Virus record (IMG/VR): IMGVR_UViG_3300037515_000068
Coordinates: 1 to 47,023 of that record
DNA length: 47,023 bases
Reading direction: 5' to 3' (one strand)
Source of the DNA: a virus
Lineage: Duplodnaviria > Caudoviricetes
The notes beneath the pieces are model-generated. The model did not search any database and was not told the DNA's origin. It was given only the letters and a program-made list of their open reading frames with translations. Below are positions 9,915-19,939 of this stretch, piece by piece (the first letter of the stretch is position 1; each line of letters begins with the position of its first letter). The position numbers and the translations under genes are program-made.

Positions 9915-10032
9915 TTGACTCAATGAATATGTAGTAGTAGTCTACGCGCACCGTACCGCAAGTACGGGATAGAAGGCAGCGTCGTTAGATGCCGCATTCC
10001 CACAGTGCCGAAAGGCCGAAGGAGATTTACCC
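9915..10032 (+). promoter_or_regulatory. Putative promoter and structured 5' leader of the scaffold gene
   Basis: TTGACT-17-TAGTCT (9915-9943); hairpins CCGTAC-CGCAA-GTACGG and GCC-GAAA-GGC before the AAGGAG RBS. Confidence 0.45.
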
Positions 10033-10926
10033 ATGACTGATTTAGTCAATGATTCGCCCGTGGTAGACCATACCCCGTCCGAAGTAGTACAAGAAGTAAT
10101 CGAAGCAAAAGCGGAAGCTGCCCCCGCAGAAACACCAGAAAGCGCAGCGCCTCCAGTTGTGGACACGGCATCCCCAACGGACGAAAAATCGCCGGAATCG
10201 AAACCTGTAGAGAAAACGTTCACTCAATCTGAGTTGGACGACATTCTTCAGAAACGATTAGCCAAAGAACATCGCAAACTTGAACGACAAGCACGACTGG
10301 AAGTTGAGAATGAGTATCTGCGCAAGCAGCAAGCTCAACCACAACAACAAGTCGCCCAATCCGTTCAGGATGCAGGTAGCGGTGAGCCAAGGCCTGAGAA
10401 TTTCCAGACTTACGAAGAATACATCGAGGCCGTAACCGATTGGAAGGTTGAAGCTAAGTTGGATGCCAAATTGCGCAGCTTGCAAGAGCAATCGCAGGAG
10501 CGCAAACAGCAATCCGCTCAAGCCCAACATGAAGCCAGCATCGCTGAAAATCTGAGTAAGGCGGCTGAAAAGTATGAGGACTTTCACGAAGTAATCAGCA
10601 ACCCGAATCTGCAAGTAACTATCGCCATGCGTGATGCAATTGGCGACAGCGAAATCGGCGGCGAGATTGCCTACTACCTCGGGACTCATGCCGACGAATC
10701 CGCAGCTATCGCCAAAATGTCGCCAGTGCAACAGATTAAAGCGATTGACCGTCTGGAAGCAAAACTCAAGGAACCGGCCCCCGCGCCAGAAATTAAACCA
10801 GTCAGCCAAGCCCCGAAGCCTATAGAGCCGGTGCGAGGCGTAAAGACTGGAAGCGTGAAACTCGAAACCGCCGATATGGATACGTACCTGAAAGAGCGTC
10901 GTGCTCAAGGTGCGCGGTGGGCTTAA
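10033..10926 (+). CDS. Capsid scaffolding protein
   Basis: Acidic coiled coil with KTFTQSELD, PRPENFQTYEEY, IAYYLG; directly before the capsid gene. Confidence 0.85.
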   Translation: MTDLVNDSPVVDHTPSEVVQEVIEAKAEAAPAETPESAAPPVVDTASPTDEKSPESKPVEKTFTQSELDDILQKRLAKEHRKLERQARLEVENEYLRKQQAQPQQQVAQSVQDAGSGEPRPENFQTYEEYIEAVTDWKVEAKLDAKLRSLQEQSQERKQQSAQAQHEASIAENLSKAAEKYEDFHEVISNPNLQVTIAMRDAIGDSEIGGEIAYYLGTHADESAAIAKMSPVQQIKAIDRLEAKLKEPAPAPEIKPVSQAPKPIEPVRGVKTGSVKLETADMDTYLKERRAQGARWA

Positions 10927-10952
10927 TCAACAATCTTTGAAAGGAAATAACG

Positions 10953-12164
10953 ATGTCTAACGTACTTGTTACCTGTAGCCTGATCGCCAAGGAAACGCTG
11001 GCGATTCTGGAAAATACCCTCGGCTTTGCCGCCAACGTGAACCGCAACTGGGAGGATGAATTCGCCGGTAATCAGTCGAAGGGTTACAGCCCGGGCGCGA
11101 CCATCAACATCAAGCGTCCGCCTCGCTACACCTACCGCGCGGGTCGTACCGCTGTTCCTCAGGCGACCGTCGAAACCAGCACCGCGCTGACTGTGAACCA
11201 AGGCGGTACTGACCTCGGTTTTACCGGGTTCGAGCGCACCTTGAGCCTGCAACAGTTCGAGCAGAAGATGGCCGCTGGTGCTGCTGCCGTAGCCAACGAA
11301 GTGGATCGCCAAGGTCTGCAAGTTGCGCACGATAACGTGTTCAACATCATCAACGCCGCTGGTGCGATTCCAGCAACTTCGATTGCCGCGTTGCAGATTT
11401 ACACCGACTCCGGCGCTCGTCTAGACCAGATGGGCGCGCCCCGCGACCGCCAGCGCGCAATGGTGCTGAACCCGAAGATGAACGGCGCGTCCGTTGCTGG
11501 TTTGGCTGGACTGTTCAACAGCGCAGACAAACTGAATCGCCAGTACGGTTCCGGCATGATGGTGGATTCGCTGGGCTACATCGTCGCGATGGATCAGAAC
11601 TCTGTCGGCCATGCAAACGGCGCAGGTACTGCTTCTAACGTCAACGGCGCAAACCAGACTGGCTCTACCATCACCGTGGCAGCTACCGGCGCAGGCACAA
11701 TCACCAAGGGCACGATCATCACCTTGCCCGGTGTGTTTGCGGTCAACCCGCAGAGCCGCCAATCGACCGGCGAACTGGCGAACTTCATCATCACCGCCGA
11801 CGTAGCCCAAGGCGCTACCAGCCTGCCGATCAGCCCGGCAATCGTTACCTCTGGCGCATTCCAGAACGTGACCGCTTCGCCAACTACCGGACAGCCTTTC
11901 GTCATCCAAGGTGCTGCATCGACGACCTACGGCGCAAGCTACGCATACCACAAAGATGCGTTTACGCTGGCTATGGTGCCGATGTACACCCCGCCGGGCA
12001 ACAAGGGCGTCGTTGACATCTCCCAACTGTCGCACAACGGCTTCACGGTCAAGGCTGTGACCTACTACGACGGCGTGAGCGATTCGTTCAATACCCGTCT
12101 TGATGTGCTGTTCGGCTGGGCCGCGGTCTATAGCGAGCTAGCCTGCCGGGTGCACAACGTATAA
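10953..12164 (+). CDS. Major capsid protein (P22 gp5-like)
   Basis: GATINIKRPPRY, AYHKDAFTLAM, TRLDVLFGWAAV. Confidence 0.92.
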   Translation: MSNVLVTCSLIAKETLAILENTLGFAANVNRNWEDEFAGNQSKGYSPGATINIKRPPRYTYRAGRTAVPQATVETSTALTVNQGGTDLGFTGFERTLSLQQFEQKMAAGAAAVANEVDRQGLQVAHDNVFNIINAAGAIPATSIAALQIYTDSGARLDQMGAPRDRQRAMVLNPKMNGASVAGLAGLFNSADKLNRQYGSGMMVDSLGYIVAMDQNSVGHANGAGTASNVNGANQTGSTITVAATGAGTITKGTIITLPGVFAVNPQSRQSTGELANFIITADVAQGATSLPISPAIVTSGAFQNVTASPTTGQPFVIQGAASTTYGASYAYHKDAFTLAMVPMYTPPGNKGVVDISQLSHNGFTVKAVTYYDGVSDSFNTRLDVLFGWAAVYSELACRVHNV

Positions 12165-12171
12165 CCAGACT

Positions 12172-12195
12172 AGGGGGATAACCTCCCCCTTCTCT
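12172..12195 (+). terminator. Hairpin after the capsid gene
   Basis: AGGGGG-ATAACCT-CCCCCT followed by a pyrimidine tract. Confidence 0.5.
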
Positions 12196-12220
12196 CAATC
12201 ATTCTGAAAAGGAAAAAATC

Positions 12221-12928
12221 ATGTCCGTAACTCTGATTCGCAATTATGGCAACTTCCTGTCTGGTGCGGTTGTAACGCTGCCTGACGCAACCGAGGCCGC
12301 GCTGATCGCTCAAGGCTTCGCAACTGCTGGCCCGACTACTGCAATGTCAGCTTACCCTGGCGGCTTCCAGCAAGTCGTATCTCAAGGCGGCAATGTAGCC
12401 GATGCGCTGGTGACTGGCGAGGGTTCGTTCACCTACGATCAAGGCCCGCGCTTCCTGCCGTGCTTCCCAATGGGTTCCGCAGCTTTGACCGGCTACGAGA
12501 CTAACGGCGTTGCTCCTGTCGCCGGTACGCTGAACCTGACCGAAATCTATGTCCCGTACTGGCAGACGTGGACAGGCGCAAGTGTTCTCAATGGTACGAC
12601 TGTTGGTACCGATAGCTTCATCGTTGCGCTGTACGGCTCCGATGGCACACTGATCGCGAACTCCGCTCTGGCCGGTACGCTGTCCGCTGGCGCGTCTGTG
12701 TTCCAGAATATCCCGTTCACCGCTACCGTCGTACTAGCTCCGGGCCGCTACTTCATCGGCGTGCAGTCTGACGGCACTACTGCTACTCTGCGGCATATTC
12801 TGGCTGCTAACGGCTTCGGCGGTTCTACCTCCGCAACCGCTGGCACGTTTGGTACGCTGCCTGATCCGGCAACTGCTCCCACCTCGTTCACAACAGCCGT
12901 TGGCGTTATCTGCGGACTGTATAAGTAA
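12221..12928 (+). CDS. Virion structural protein (possible capsid decoration)
   Basis: Follows the capsid gene with a strong RBS; Gly/Thr/Ala-rich beta composition. Confidence 0.6.
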   Translation: MSVTLIRNYGNFLSGAVVTLPDATEAALIAQGFATAGPTTAMSAYPGGFQQVVSQGGNVADALVTGEGSFTYDQGPRFLPCFPMGSAALTGYETNGVAPVAGTLNLTEIYVPYWQTWTGASVLNGTTVGTDSFIVALYGSDGTLIANSALAGTLSAGASVFQNIPFTATVVLAPGRYFIGVQSDGTTATLRHILAANGFGGSTSATAGTFGTLPDPATAPTSFTTAVGVICGLYK

Positions 12929-12981
12929 GCCTGTTTAACCTGCACCTTCAAACGAGGGTGCAGCATTAAGGAGGCTTGCTT

Positions 12982-13911
12982 ATGGCAACCGCAGAATCAG
13001 TAATCACCCTATCCCTACAGCAAATCCTGAATGATGACGTAACAGCTACGCCATCGGCTTCGGATTTGAGTACGGGGCTTACCTACCTCATCAACCTGCT
13101 AGACCACTGGCAACTCAGCCCACAAGATACAGTCGGGATGCGTGAGTACGTTTACACCCCGACCACTGGAGACCAGTATGTGACTATCGGCTCGGCGCAT
13201 GCTGTTACGTCGATGACGCAAACCGGGACGACGGTAACGGTGACGACTACCGCAGCGCATGGGTTTTCGACTGGTAGTAAAGTCGTTATCTCTGGGGCTG
13301 ACCAGACTGACTACAACGGGCTGCAAACAGTTACCGTAACCTCGGACACCGTATTTACTTTTGAGGCGACTGCGGGGCTTACCACGCCAGCGACGGGAAC
13401 TATTCTTGCAGGCGCGCAGATCACCGCGCCGATGCCAGTCAGGATTGAAGAGGGATCATTCTGCCGACTGAGCGGGACGGACTTCCTGATCGGCTTCGCG
13501 CCATCGTTCGACATCTACGCTGGCCAGCCGGTAAAGACGACTCAAGGCTACCCGTCCAAATGCTTCTACATGCCTTCTAATACCAACATCGGCACGCTGT
13601 ATATGTGGCCTGCATCGAATGGCGCAGAGTTGCATTTGTGGGTAAGGGAGACTCCGGTTAACGGGTTCGAGTCAATGACGCTTTCCACTACGCTTACCTT
13701 GCCGATGGGCATGCAAAAAGTTCTAGTCGATTGCTTGGCTGCTGAGATGCTGGACATTTTCAGCGTTCCAGATCCTACCTACAGCAAGATCAGAATCAAG
13801 GCGAATAACTCGATTCGGACATGGAAGCGCGCAAATCTCAAAGTTGGGGTTTTGGGTATGCCGACCGGAGTTGGAAGATACGGGTATCGTTCTAACGCAT
13901 TTACAGGATAA
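12982..13911 (+). CDS. Head-tail adaptor (P22 gp4-like) with an inserted beta domain
   Basis: PSASDLSTGLTYLINLLDHW, LYMWP, LTLPMG...CLAAEM; insert TTTAAHGFSTGSKVVISGADQTDYNG. Confidence 0.7.
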   Translation: MATAESVITLSLQQILNDDVTATPSASDLSTGLTYLINLLDHWQLSPQDTVGMREYVYTPTTGDQYVTIGSAHAVTSMTQTGTTVTVTTTAAHGFSTGSKVVISGADQTDYNGLQTVTVTSDTVFTFEATAGLTTPATGTILAGAQITAPMPVRIEEGSFCRLSGTDFLIGFAPSFDIYAGQPVKTTQGYPSKCFYMPSNTNIGTLYMWPASNGAELHLWVRETPVNGFESMTLSTTLTLPMGMQKVLVDCLAAEMLDIFSVPDPTYSKIRIKANNSIRTWKRANLKVGVLGMPTGVGRYGYRSNAFTG

Positions 13912-13925
13912 CGAAAGGAAACAAG

Positions 13926-14201
13926 ATGGCACAAAACCAAACCATGCCCGTAATCAAAGGGGCTTTGCTGACTACCGATCCGCTGGTGATTCCAGTACCA
14001 AAAGACATGCAAATCCCAGGTAGCATTACGCTGAAATCTGCCGATGCAGGGAGGTTGATCGAGCTTTCCACTGACGGCGTGGAGTATTTCACCCCGGCGG
14101 TAGATGTTCAGTCCGCGACGATGCAGATTCTGGTAGTGAATGCACCCATCACCCATATCCGGCTAACGGGAGCCGCTAACGACATTTATCTGGTGAGCTA
14201 A
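13926..14201 (+). CDS. Small virion protein
   Basis: AAAGGA RBS; within the structural operon. Confidence 0.55.
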   Translation: MAQNQTMPVIKGALLTTDPLVIPVPKDMQIPGSITLKSADAGRLIELSTDGVEYFTPAVDVQSATMQILVVNAPITHIRLTGAANDIYLVS

Positions 14202-14203
14202 CT

Positions 14204-14695
14204 ATGTCCTATCCAAACGTATTCCCCCAAGTTTCTACCTCCATCATTGAAGGTACAACCACGAATGACAACGCAGCGGCTGGCATCATAGGCGAGGTGG
14301 CATCATCTACCGTTGCGATTGCTAACGTCGTAGCTGTAACGACTGCTACCCCCGTTGATGTGACCACGCTGGCACTAACTGCCGGTGACTGGGAGGTGTC
14401 CGGGGTGGTCAATCGCGAGTTGACAGGCGTGACAGCTACGGCTTACGGCGCGGCAATTTCCCCGACTGCCGACACGTTCCCAGCGCAGGCTGGCGGTTCT
14501 GGAGTTGGCGCGGATTCATCCGTAACCCATAACGCCACATTCGGAACGACCGTAACTGGCAACTATGTGACAATCGTCGGGCCGGTGAGGGTTAGCCTTG
14601 ACGCTGGCGCGACGATTCACCTTGTCGTAGGAGATACCTTCTCTGCTGGTACGGTTGGCGCATTTGGTACGTTGCGCGCTCGCAGGGTTCGCTAA
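14204..14695 (+). CDS. Virion structural protein
   Basis: GTTTNDNAAAGIIGE...LTAGDWEVSG...LRARRVR, a pattern seen in phage tail/fibre domains. Confidence 0.6.
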   Translation: MSYPNVFPQVSTSIIEGTTTNDNAAAGIIGEVASSTVAIANVVAVTTATPVDVTTLALTAGDWEVSGVVNRELTGVTATAYGAAISPTADTFPAQAGGSGVGADSSVTHNATFGTTVTGNYVTIVGPVRVSLDAGATIHLVVGDTFSAGTVGAFGTLRARRVR

Positions 14696-14696
14696 G

Positions 14697-15068
14697 ATGA
14701 AAAAGTCCGCCATTCAAGGATTGCTCGGAGTGTTGTTTCTTAGCCGCGACTTTGCGCACAAGCGCCATCTCGCGGCGGATAAGTTTTCCGAGCATGACGC
14801 GCTCGGGGATTTTTACGAAGGAATCATCCCGCTTGCAGACAAACTGGCTGAGGCATGGCAGGGCAAGAATCTGGCGATGATCGGGGATATTCCTTCACTG
14901 AGTACGGACTTCAAGGAATCGAGCGTCAAGGGCTTGCAATCTCAGCTTGAAGTTGTGCGCCAATATCGCGAAGATGTGGCCGAAGATTACTCCCCGATTG
15001 CGAACATTTTGGACGAGATTGAATCGGCGTATCTGTCCGTAATCTACAAGCTGACGTTCCTGAAATAA
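14697..15068 (+). CDS. Ferritin/Dps-like four-helix protein (DUF5856-like)
   Basis: AHKRHL..FSEHDALGDFYE..LADKLAEAWQG..NILDEI..YKLTFLK. Confidence 0.65.
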   Translation: MKKSAIQGLLGVLFLSRDFAHKRHLAADKFSEHDALGDFYEGIIPLADKLAEAWQGKNLAMIGDIPSLSTDFKESSVKGLQSQLEVVRQYREDVAEDYSPIANILDEIESAYLSVIYKLTFLK

Positions 15069-15319
15069 TGCTCCGCCTCCCGCTTCCTGCTGACTTAGTA
15101 ACCCGCGACGGGACGGCAGCGCAGGACGCGCAACAGCTAAACTCGTTCGTGGATGATGGGTACGTTTACAAGCGGCCCGGCATCAATTCGGCATTGGCAA
15201 CTGATGCAGGAACGGCGCAAGGCGGGATATTCGGGGAGAATCTGCTGTTCACGATCAACGGCGACACGATGCACAGCTACAACTCGGCATTCACTCTGCA
15301 ATCGACTTTCGTATTATGA
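15068..15319 (+). CDS. Short protein resembling the N-terminus of gp10-like tail hub proteins
   Basis: RLPL..TRDG..DA..NSFV..KRPG. Confidence 0.55.
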   Translation: MLRLPLPADLVTRDGTAAQDAQQLNSFVDDGYVYKRPGINSALATDAGTAQGGIFGENLLFTINGDTMHSYNSAFTLQSTFVL

Positions 15320-16242
15320 GGATTCCTCTTCCTACTTTGCTAAAAACCCGCACGGGGGCACCCGACAAGGATGCCCGGATGACGAACTGCTATGTCGAGA
15401 CGCGAGGGCAGGAGTCGGTTGTGCGGAAGCGTGCCGGAACTTCGCTTACATCAAGCATGACTGCCGGAGTTGCGCAAGGCGGGATAGATATACCGGGCGG
15501 GGCGGTTGTGGTCAATGATGATGCGATAACGGTAGTCGTTGAAATAACTGACGCGGCTGATGCCGCAGTTGTTGCTGCTGCGAGCGATGTTGCGGGCGGT
15601 GATTTAGCTGATAACGAAGCGGCGGTTGCTGAGTCTGAGGGCATCCCTAATGGCGGGTTTAATTGGGCGTTGGTAATTCCTGTATGCCAACCAATAACAG
15701 TTCCGCCCGAAAACGATAGGGGAACGTCGCAGTATGCAGGCCCAAGCGAAACTCCATACGGCATCCCATCGCCAACCATAGTTGATACGCTGATTCTGGA
15801 AACGAACTGCTGGAATCTGTATAGGAGATCGACGAAGACTTATTCAAGTAGGTCGGTTGCGAATGGATATTCTACTAATCTTGGGTATTTAGCGGCATCC
15901 GCTGGAGGATTCCACATATACACAGGGCTACATGGTTTTGGTGCAACTATATCTGACATGAAATCTAGCGTTGCGCAAAACAACTATGGAGTTTTAGGCG
16001 CAGAAGAAGGTGCAGGTACGTATTTCCCGCCTAACGGCGTGTACCCAGATGGGTATCAGTATAGACTGATAAACAAGCGCCCTGGGGCAGGTGAAATTGC
16101 AGCTTATTACGATTACTATACTTTTTACGGGACATCGTATCAGGGAGAAAGAAATTATTCAGCCGGGTATAGCGGTGCCGCTTCTAGACCAACTCTCTAT
16201 TACCTAGACTACGTAGAAGTCTGGTCTTACTACATCATTTAA
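15316..16242 (+). CDS. gp10-N-terminus-like domain fused to a Tyr-rich variable C-terminal domain
   Basis: RIPL..TRTG..DARMTNCYVE..RKRAG; the 3' half is AT-richer and Tyr/Gly-rich. Confidence 0.55.
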   Translation: MRIPLPTLLKTRTGAPDKDARMTNCYVETRGQESVVRKRAGTSLTSSMTAGVAQGGIDIPGGAVVVNDDAITVVVEITDAADAAVVAAASDVAGGDLADNEAAVAESEGIPNGGFNWALVIPVCQPITVPPENDRGTSQYAGPSETPYGIPSPTIVDTLILETNCWNLYRRSTKTYSSRSVANGYSTNLGYLAASAGGFHIYTGLHGFGATISDMKSSVAQNNYGVLGAEEGAGTYFPPNGVYPDGYQYRLINKRPGAGEIAAYYDYYTFYGTSYQGERNYSAGYSGAASRPTLYYLDYVEVWSYYII

Positions 16243-16251
16243 GAGGCCCCA

Positions 16252-18054
16252 ATGCCCGTAACCGTCCCCAATCTCCCCTATTCATTCTGCCCCACGGCTC
16301 GCGCCCAGAGCAATCAGGGATTCATGTTCAAGAACGCTTATGATGCGTTTTTCTATGATGAGGCGACTGCGACCGTCACCCAGATCACGGATATCGACTA
16401 TCCGGGCTATCACACGTATTCGGTGACGCTGACAAGCTCCAGCACGACAGCAACAGCGACCATGCCAGCGTTAGCCGTGACCAGCATCACCAGCACGGGC
16501 GGAGTGGCTACGATGACCACGGCGGCGGCGCACGGGCTGACTACGGGCGACTCTGTGCTGGTGGCTGGTGCTGCGCAAACGGAATACAACGGGTCGGTGA
16601 CTGTGACCGTTACCGGGGCATCGACGTTCACCTATGACATCGTTGGTACTCCTACCTCGCCCGCTACCGGAACGATAACCTACCAGAAAAACCACGGTCT
16701 ATCCGTGGGCGATTCGGTAACGATTGCCGGGGCTACGCAAACCGAATACAACGGCGCATATACCGTCGTGACCGTGGCAGATTCTCAGCACTTTACCTAC
16801 ACCTTTGCAGGGAGTGCAACGACTCCTGCGACGGGAACGATTACCGCAGTTGGTGGACGAACGACAGTCCCCGGCATCGTGTTCCTCGATGGCTACTTTT
16901 TCGTGATGGACTCGAAAGCGACTATCCGCAATTGCGTGCTGACTGAGCCGCTGCAATGGTCTGGGCTGGACTTTATCACGGCACAGATCGAACCAGGCGC
17001 AGGGGTGGCGCTGGCAAAGTCTCAGAGCTACGTTATCGCATTCAAGGAATGGTCAACCGAGTTTTTTTACGACGCCGCGAATTCTGTAGGTTCGCCGCTG
17101 TCTCCGGTGAGTAACGGATTCACCCTTACCGGGTGCGCATCGGGGGATTCTGTTGCAAACATGGACGGCATGCTTTTTTGGGTATCGCAAACCCGTCAAA
17201 AAGGCCGTGCCGTTCACATGATGCAGGGCTTGAACGATGCGCAAATCAGCACGCCGGATGTTGAACGGATATTGAACCTTTCGACATTGGCAACGGTGCA
17301 CAGCTACGGGGTGAAGATTGCGGGACATGCGTTTTATTTACTAACACTGGTTGACCTGAATAAGACGCTGGTTTTCGACATGGCAAGCAAGACATGGGCG
17401 TTATGGTCTAGCCTGACACTTGGGGATGATGTAAGCGTTACCAGCATTGCACTGAGCGGCACGACTGCAACCGTGACCACGGCGGCTGCGCATAACCTTC
17501 TCGACGGCGACCCTGTACTAATAGCGGGTGCAGATCAGGCGGCATACAACGGCATCCAGACAATTACCTACGTTGACGCGACCCATTACACATTCCAGAC
17601 TACGGCAGGCACCACGACCCCGGCGACTGGAACGATCACCTCAACGCCATACACCGAGACGTATTTCAAGTACACGAAGTACATCAACGCGCTGGGCCGT
17701 GACTTGGTGCAGCATGAATCTGATGGGACATTATGCGAGCTGACTGAGAGCGTTTTTCGGGACGTAGATTCTCCGATTAACGTCAAGGTTAGAACCGGGA
17801 AGTTTGACGGCGGCAACAGCAATCTGAAGCGGTTTGCAGCGGTGGAAATCATTGGAAATAAGGTGTCTGCTAATGCTTATATCAGGCACTCCGGCGATGA
17901 CTACGTTACCAATACGCAATATCGTCCTGTTGACTTGAGCGCAAACCGTTCAATCATCCGTAGGCTAGGTTCAGATCGTAGAAGAAGTTTTGAGGTAAAA
18001 CATACAGATAATACCTCTTTACAGTTGGCTTTTATTGATATAGACGCTGTATAA
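16252..18054 (+). CDS. Tail hub / DNA stabilization protein (P22 gp10-like) with three inserted beta domains
   Basis: GIVFLDGYFFV, IAFKEWSTEFFY, ISTPDVERIL, GHAFYLLT, RRLGSDRRRSFEV. Confidence 0.8.
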   Translation: MPVTVPNLPYSFCPTARAQSNQGFMFKNAYDAFFYDEATATVTQITDIDYPGYHTYSVTLTSSSTTATATMPALAVTSITSTGGVATMTTAAAHGLTTGDSVLVAGAAQTEYNGSVTVTVTGASTFTYDIVGTPTSPATGTITYQKNHGLSVGDSVTIAGATQTEYNGAYTVVTVADSQHFTYTFAGSATTPATGTITAVGGRTTVPGIVFLDGYFFVMDSKATIRNCVLTEPLQWSGLDFITAQIEPGAGVALAKSQSYVIAFKEWSTEFFYDAANSVGSPLSPVSNGFTLTGCASGDSVANMDGMLFWVSQTRQKGRAVHMMQGLNDAQISTPDVERILNLSTLATVHSYGVKIAGHAFYLLTLVDLNKTLVFDMASKTWALWSSLTLGDDVSVTSIALSGTTATVTTAAAHNLLDGDPVLIAGADQAAYNGIQTITYVDATHYTFQTTAGTTTPATGTITSTPYTETYFKYTKYINALGRDLVQHESDGTLCELTESVFRDVDSPINVKVRTGKFDGGNSNLKRFAAVEIIGNKVSANAYIRHSGDDYVTNTQYRPVDLSANRSIIRRLGSDRRRSFEVKHTDNTSLQLAFIDIDAV

Positions 18055-18095
18055 TCAAACTATTCCCGCCGTGATGGTGGCAAGGAGTCCTACAT

Positions 18096-18410
18096 ATGAA
18101 CGCACTTCAAGGCATTACGCAAGGCGCACAGCCTGCAATGCAGCCGCAAAACGCACTATCTGGCATGCAATCTGCACAGCCGCAACAATCCCCAAAATTC
18201 AACGGAACGGTTACGTTCCAAGGCCAGCCCATCCAAGTTAGCGATGGGTTGGCACAATTCGGCGGCGAAAACTTCACCGTAAGCGATGACGGTCGGGTAG
18301 TGGCGAACGAAAAGCGCCAATTTGTCGGAACGATATTGAATGGCAAGTTCGTCATGGCAACTCCTGAAATTATTGACCAATTCAAAAAACAGGGCGTTTT
18401 TGAGAAGTGA
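18096..18410 (+). CDS. Hypothetical virion/ejection-region protein
   Basis: AAGGAG RBS; Gln-rich N-terminus. Confidence 0.55.
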   Translation: MNALQGITQGAQPAMQPQNALSGMQSAQPQQSPKFNGTVTFQGQPIQVSDGLAQFGGENFTVSDDGRVVANEKRQFVGTILNGKFVMATPEIIDQFKKQGVFEK

Positions 18411-18784
18411 GCAACCTGAAAGACTGGCTGCACAAGCGACGGGGGATGTTCTACGAAGGCGAGACACTGAAACAGCACTGTGATGCGTTTCTGGAAATGG
18501 TTGACGGCGGGGCGATTGTTCACGAGTTCAAGGATGCGATTATCGTACTTGAACAACACGGACTAGCAGGAAATTATCGGGCATGGTTGCTGTTTGACAA
18601 GTTCACGAAAGGCACAGCCAGCGCGATGAAACAGGTAGCGGATGAATTTGACGGTGTTGGGCTGTATGCGGCAAGCCACGATAAACGCATAAGAGATTTG
18701 TTGCTCAAGTTCGGGTTCGAGCAATACCACGAAACAAAAGCCGATTACTATTTAGTGAAGCGAGGTAACGATCATGGGATGTAG
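18407..18784 (+). CDS. GNAT-like protein preceding the ejection genes
   Basis: LLLKFGFEQ motif; position typical of podophage acetyltransferase-like genes. Confidence 0.5.
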   Translation: MSNLKDWLHKRRGMFYEGETLKQHCDAFLEMVDGGAIVHEFKDAIIVLEQHGLAGNYRAWLLFDKFTKGTASAMKQVADEFDGVGLYAASHDKRIRDLLLKFGFEQYHETKADYYLVKRGNDHGM

Positions 18785-19937
18785 TTTCTTAGACCCGATA
18801 CAAGACGCTCTAGGAAGCGAGGGGCTGGGGTTGCCTGGTGCTGAAACTGTGCTGCCTGTAGTTGCCTCGGTTTTCTTGCCCGGTCTCGGCTCGGCCATTG
18901 GCGGCGCGCTCGGGGCTACAGGCGCGACGGCTTCGGCCATCGGCGGCGCTGTACTTGGTGGAGCTGGTAGCGCGCTGGCCGGAGGCGATGCGCTTACTGG
19001 CGCACTACTTGGCGGCGCTGGTGGGTTCTTGTCTGGAGGAGGTTTAAGCGGCGCTGGTGACGGAGGCATGCTGACGATGGATCAGCTCGGTTCCCTTGCT
19101 GGGAACCCGGAGGCAATTCAATCCTATCTCGATGCCGGGTATATCTCGCAGGACATGCTGACTAACTCAATGTCTGCGTTTACATCGTTGCCTGCCGATG
19201 CACAGCAAGCCTATATTAATGCAGGTTTTGATCCTGTTGAAATCGGGGCGGCTTCGTTATCTAACACTGGAACGAATTGGGCTAATGTTGCCGACATCGC
19301 GAAGAATGTAAGTACCATCGCAAAGCCGAATGCCGGGACGAATTCGCTGACGAACTTCCTTAAAGACCCTTCGTGGTCTGGTGCTGGCAATCTCCTAACG
19401 GACAACCTTGGCAATCTGACAAATGCCGGGCTTGGTCTGTACGGTCAATATCAATCCGCCCAGTCCGCAAAAGACATCGCTGCACAAAACGCCGCGATGC
19501 AAAAGCCGTGGCTAGATGCAGGAACAAATGCGCTCGCTCAAATCACACCTGGCATTCAATCCGGTGGCGAATTCCGCAAGGATTACACCGTAGCGGATTA
19601 TCAGGTAGACCCATACAACAAGTGGCTGCAATCGCAAGGCTCAAAGGCTATCGAGCGAAGCGCGGCGGCAAAGGGTACGCTAGGTTCGGGAAACGTGCTG
19701 GCTGAACTGTCAAAGTACAACCAAAACGTAGCTGGCGCAGGATTTGCAGATCAGTGGAACCGCGAACAACAAGGCACGACAAACAAGTTCAACCGACTTG
19801 CTAGCGTTGCAAATCTAGGCCCGACTGCGGCGACTAATGTAATGGGCGGTAACGCTTTTGCAGCATCCGAAGGCGCGAAGTCTAAGATCGGCATGACTAA
19901 CACGCTGTCAAACCTCGTCAATAGCTGGGGGACTTAA
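18774..19937 (+). CDS. DNA ejection (internal virion) protein, gp7-like
   Basis: Gly/Ala-rich hydrophobic N-terminus; PWLDAGTNAL..DPYNKW..AIERSAAAKGTLGSGN. Confidence 0.7.
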   Translation: MGCSFLDPIQDALGSEGLGLPGAETVLPVVASVFLPGLGSAIGGALGATGATASAIGGAVLGGAGSALAGGDALTGALLGGAGGFLSGGGLSGAGDGGMLTMDQLGSLAGNPEAIQSYLDAGYISQDMLTNSMSAFTSLPADAQQAYINAGFDPVEIGAASLSNTGTNWANVADIAKNVSTIAKPNAGTNSLTNFLKDPSWSGAGNLLTDNLGNLTNAGLGLYGQYQSAQSAKDIAAQNAAMQKPWLDAGTNALAQITPGIQSGGEFRKDYTVADYQVDPYNKWLQSQGSKAIERSAAAKGTLGSGNVLAELSKYNQNVAGAGFADQWNREQQGTTNKFNRLASVANLGPTAATNVMGGNAFAASEGAKSKIGMTNTLSNLVNSWGT

Positions 19938-19939
19938 TC

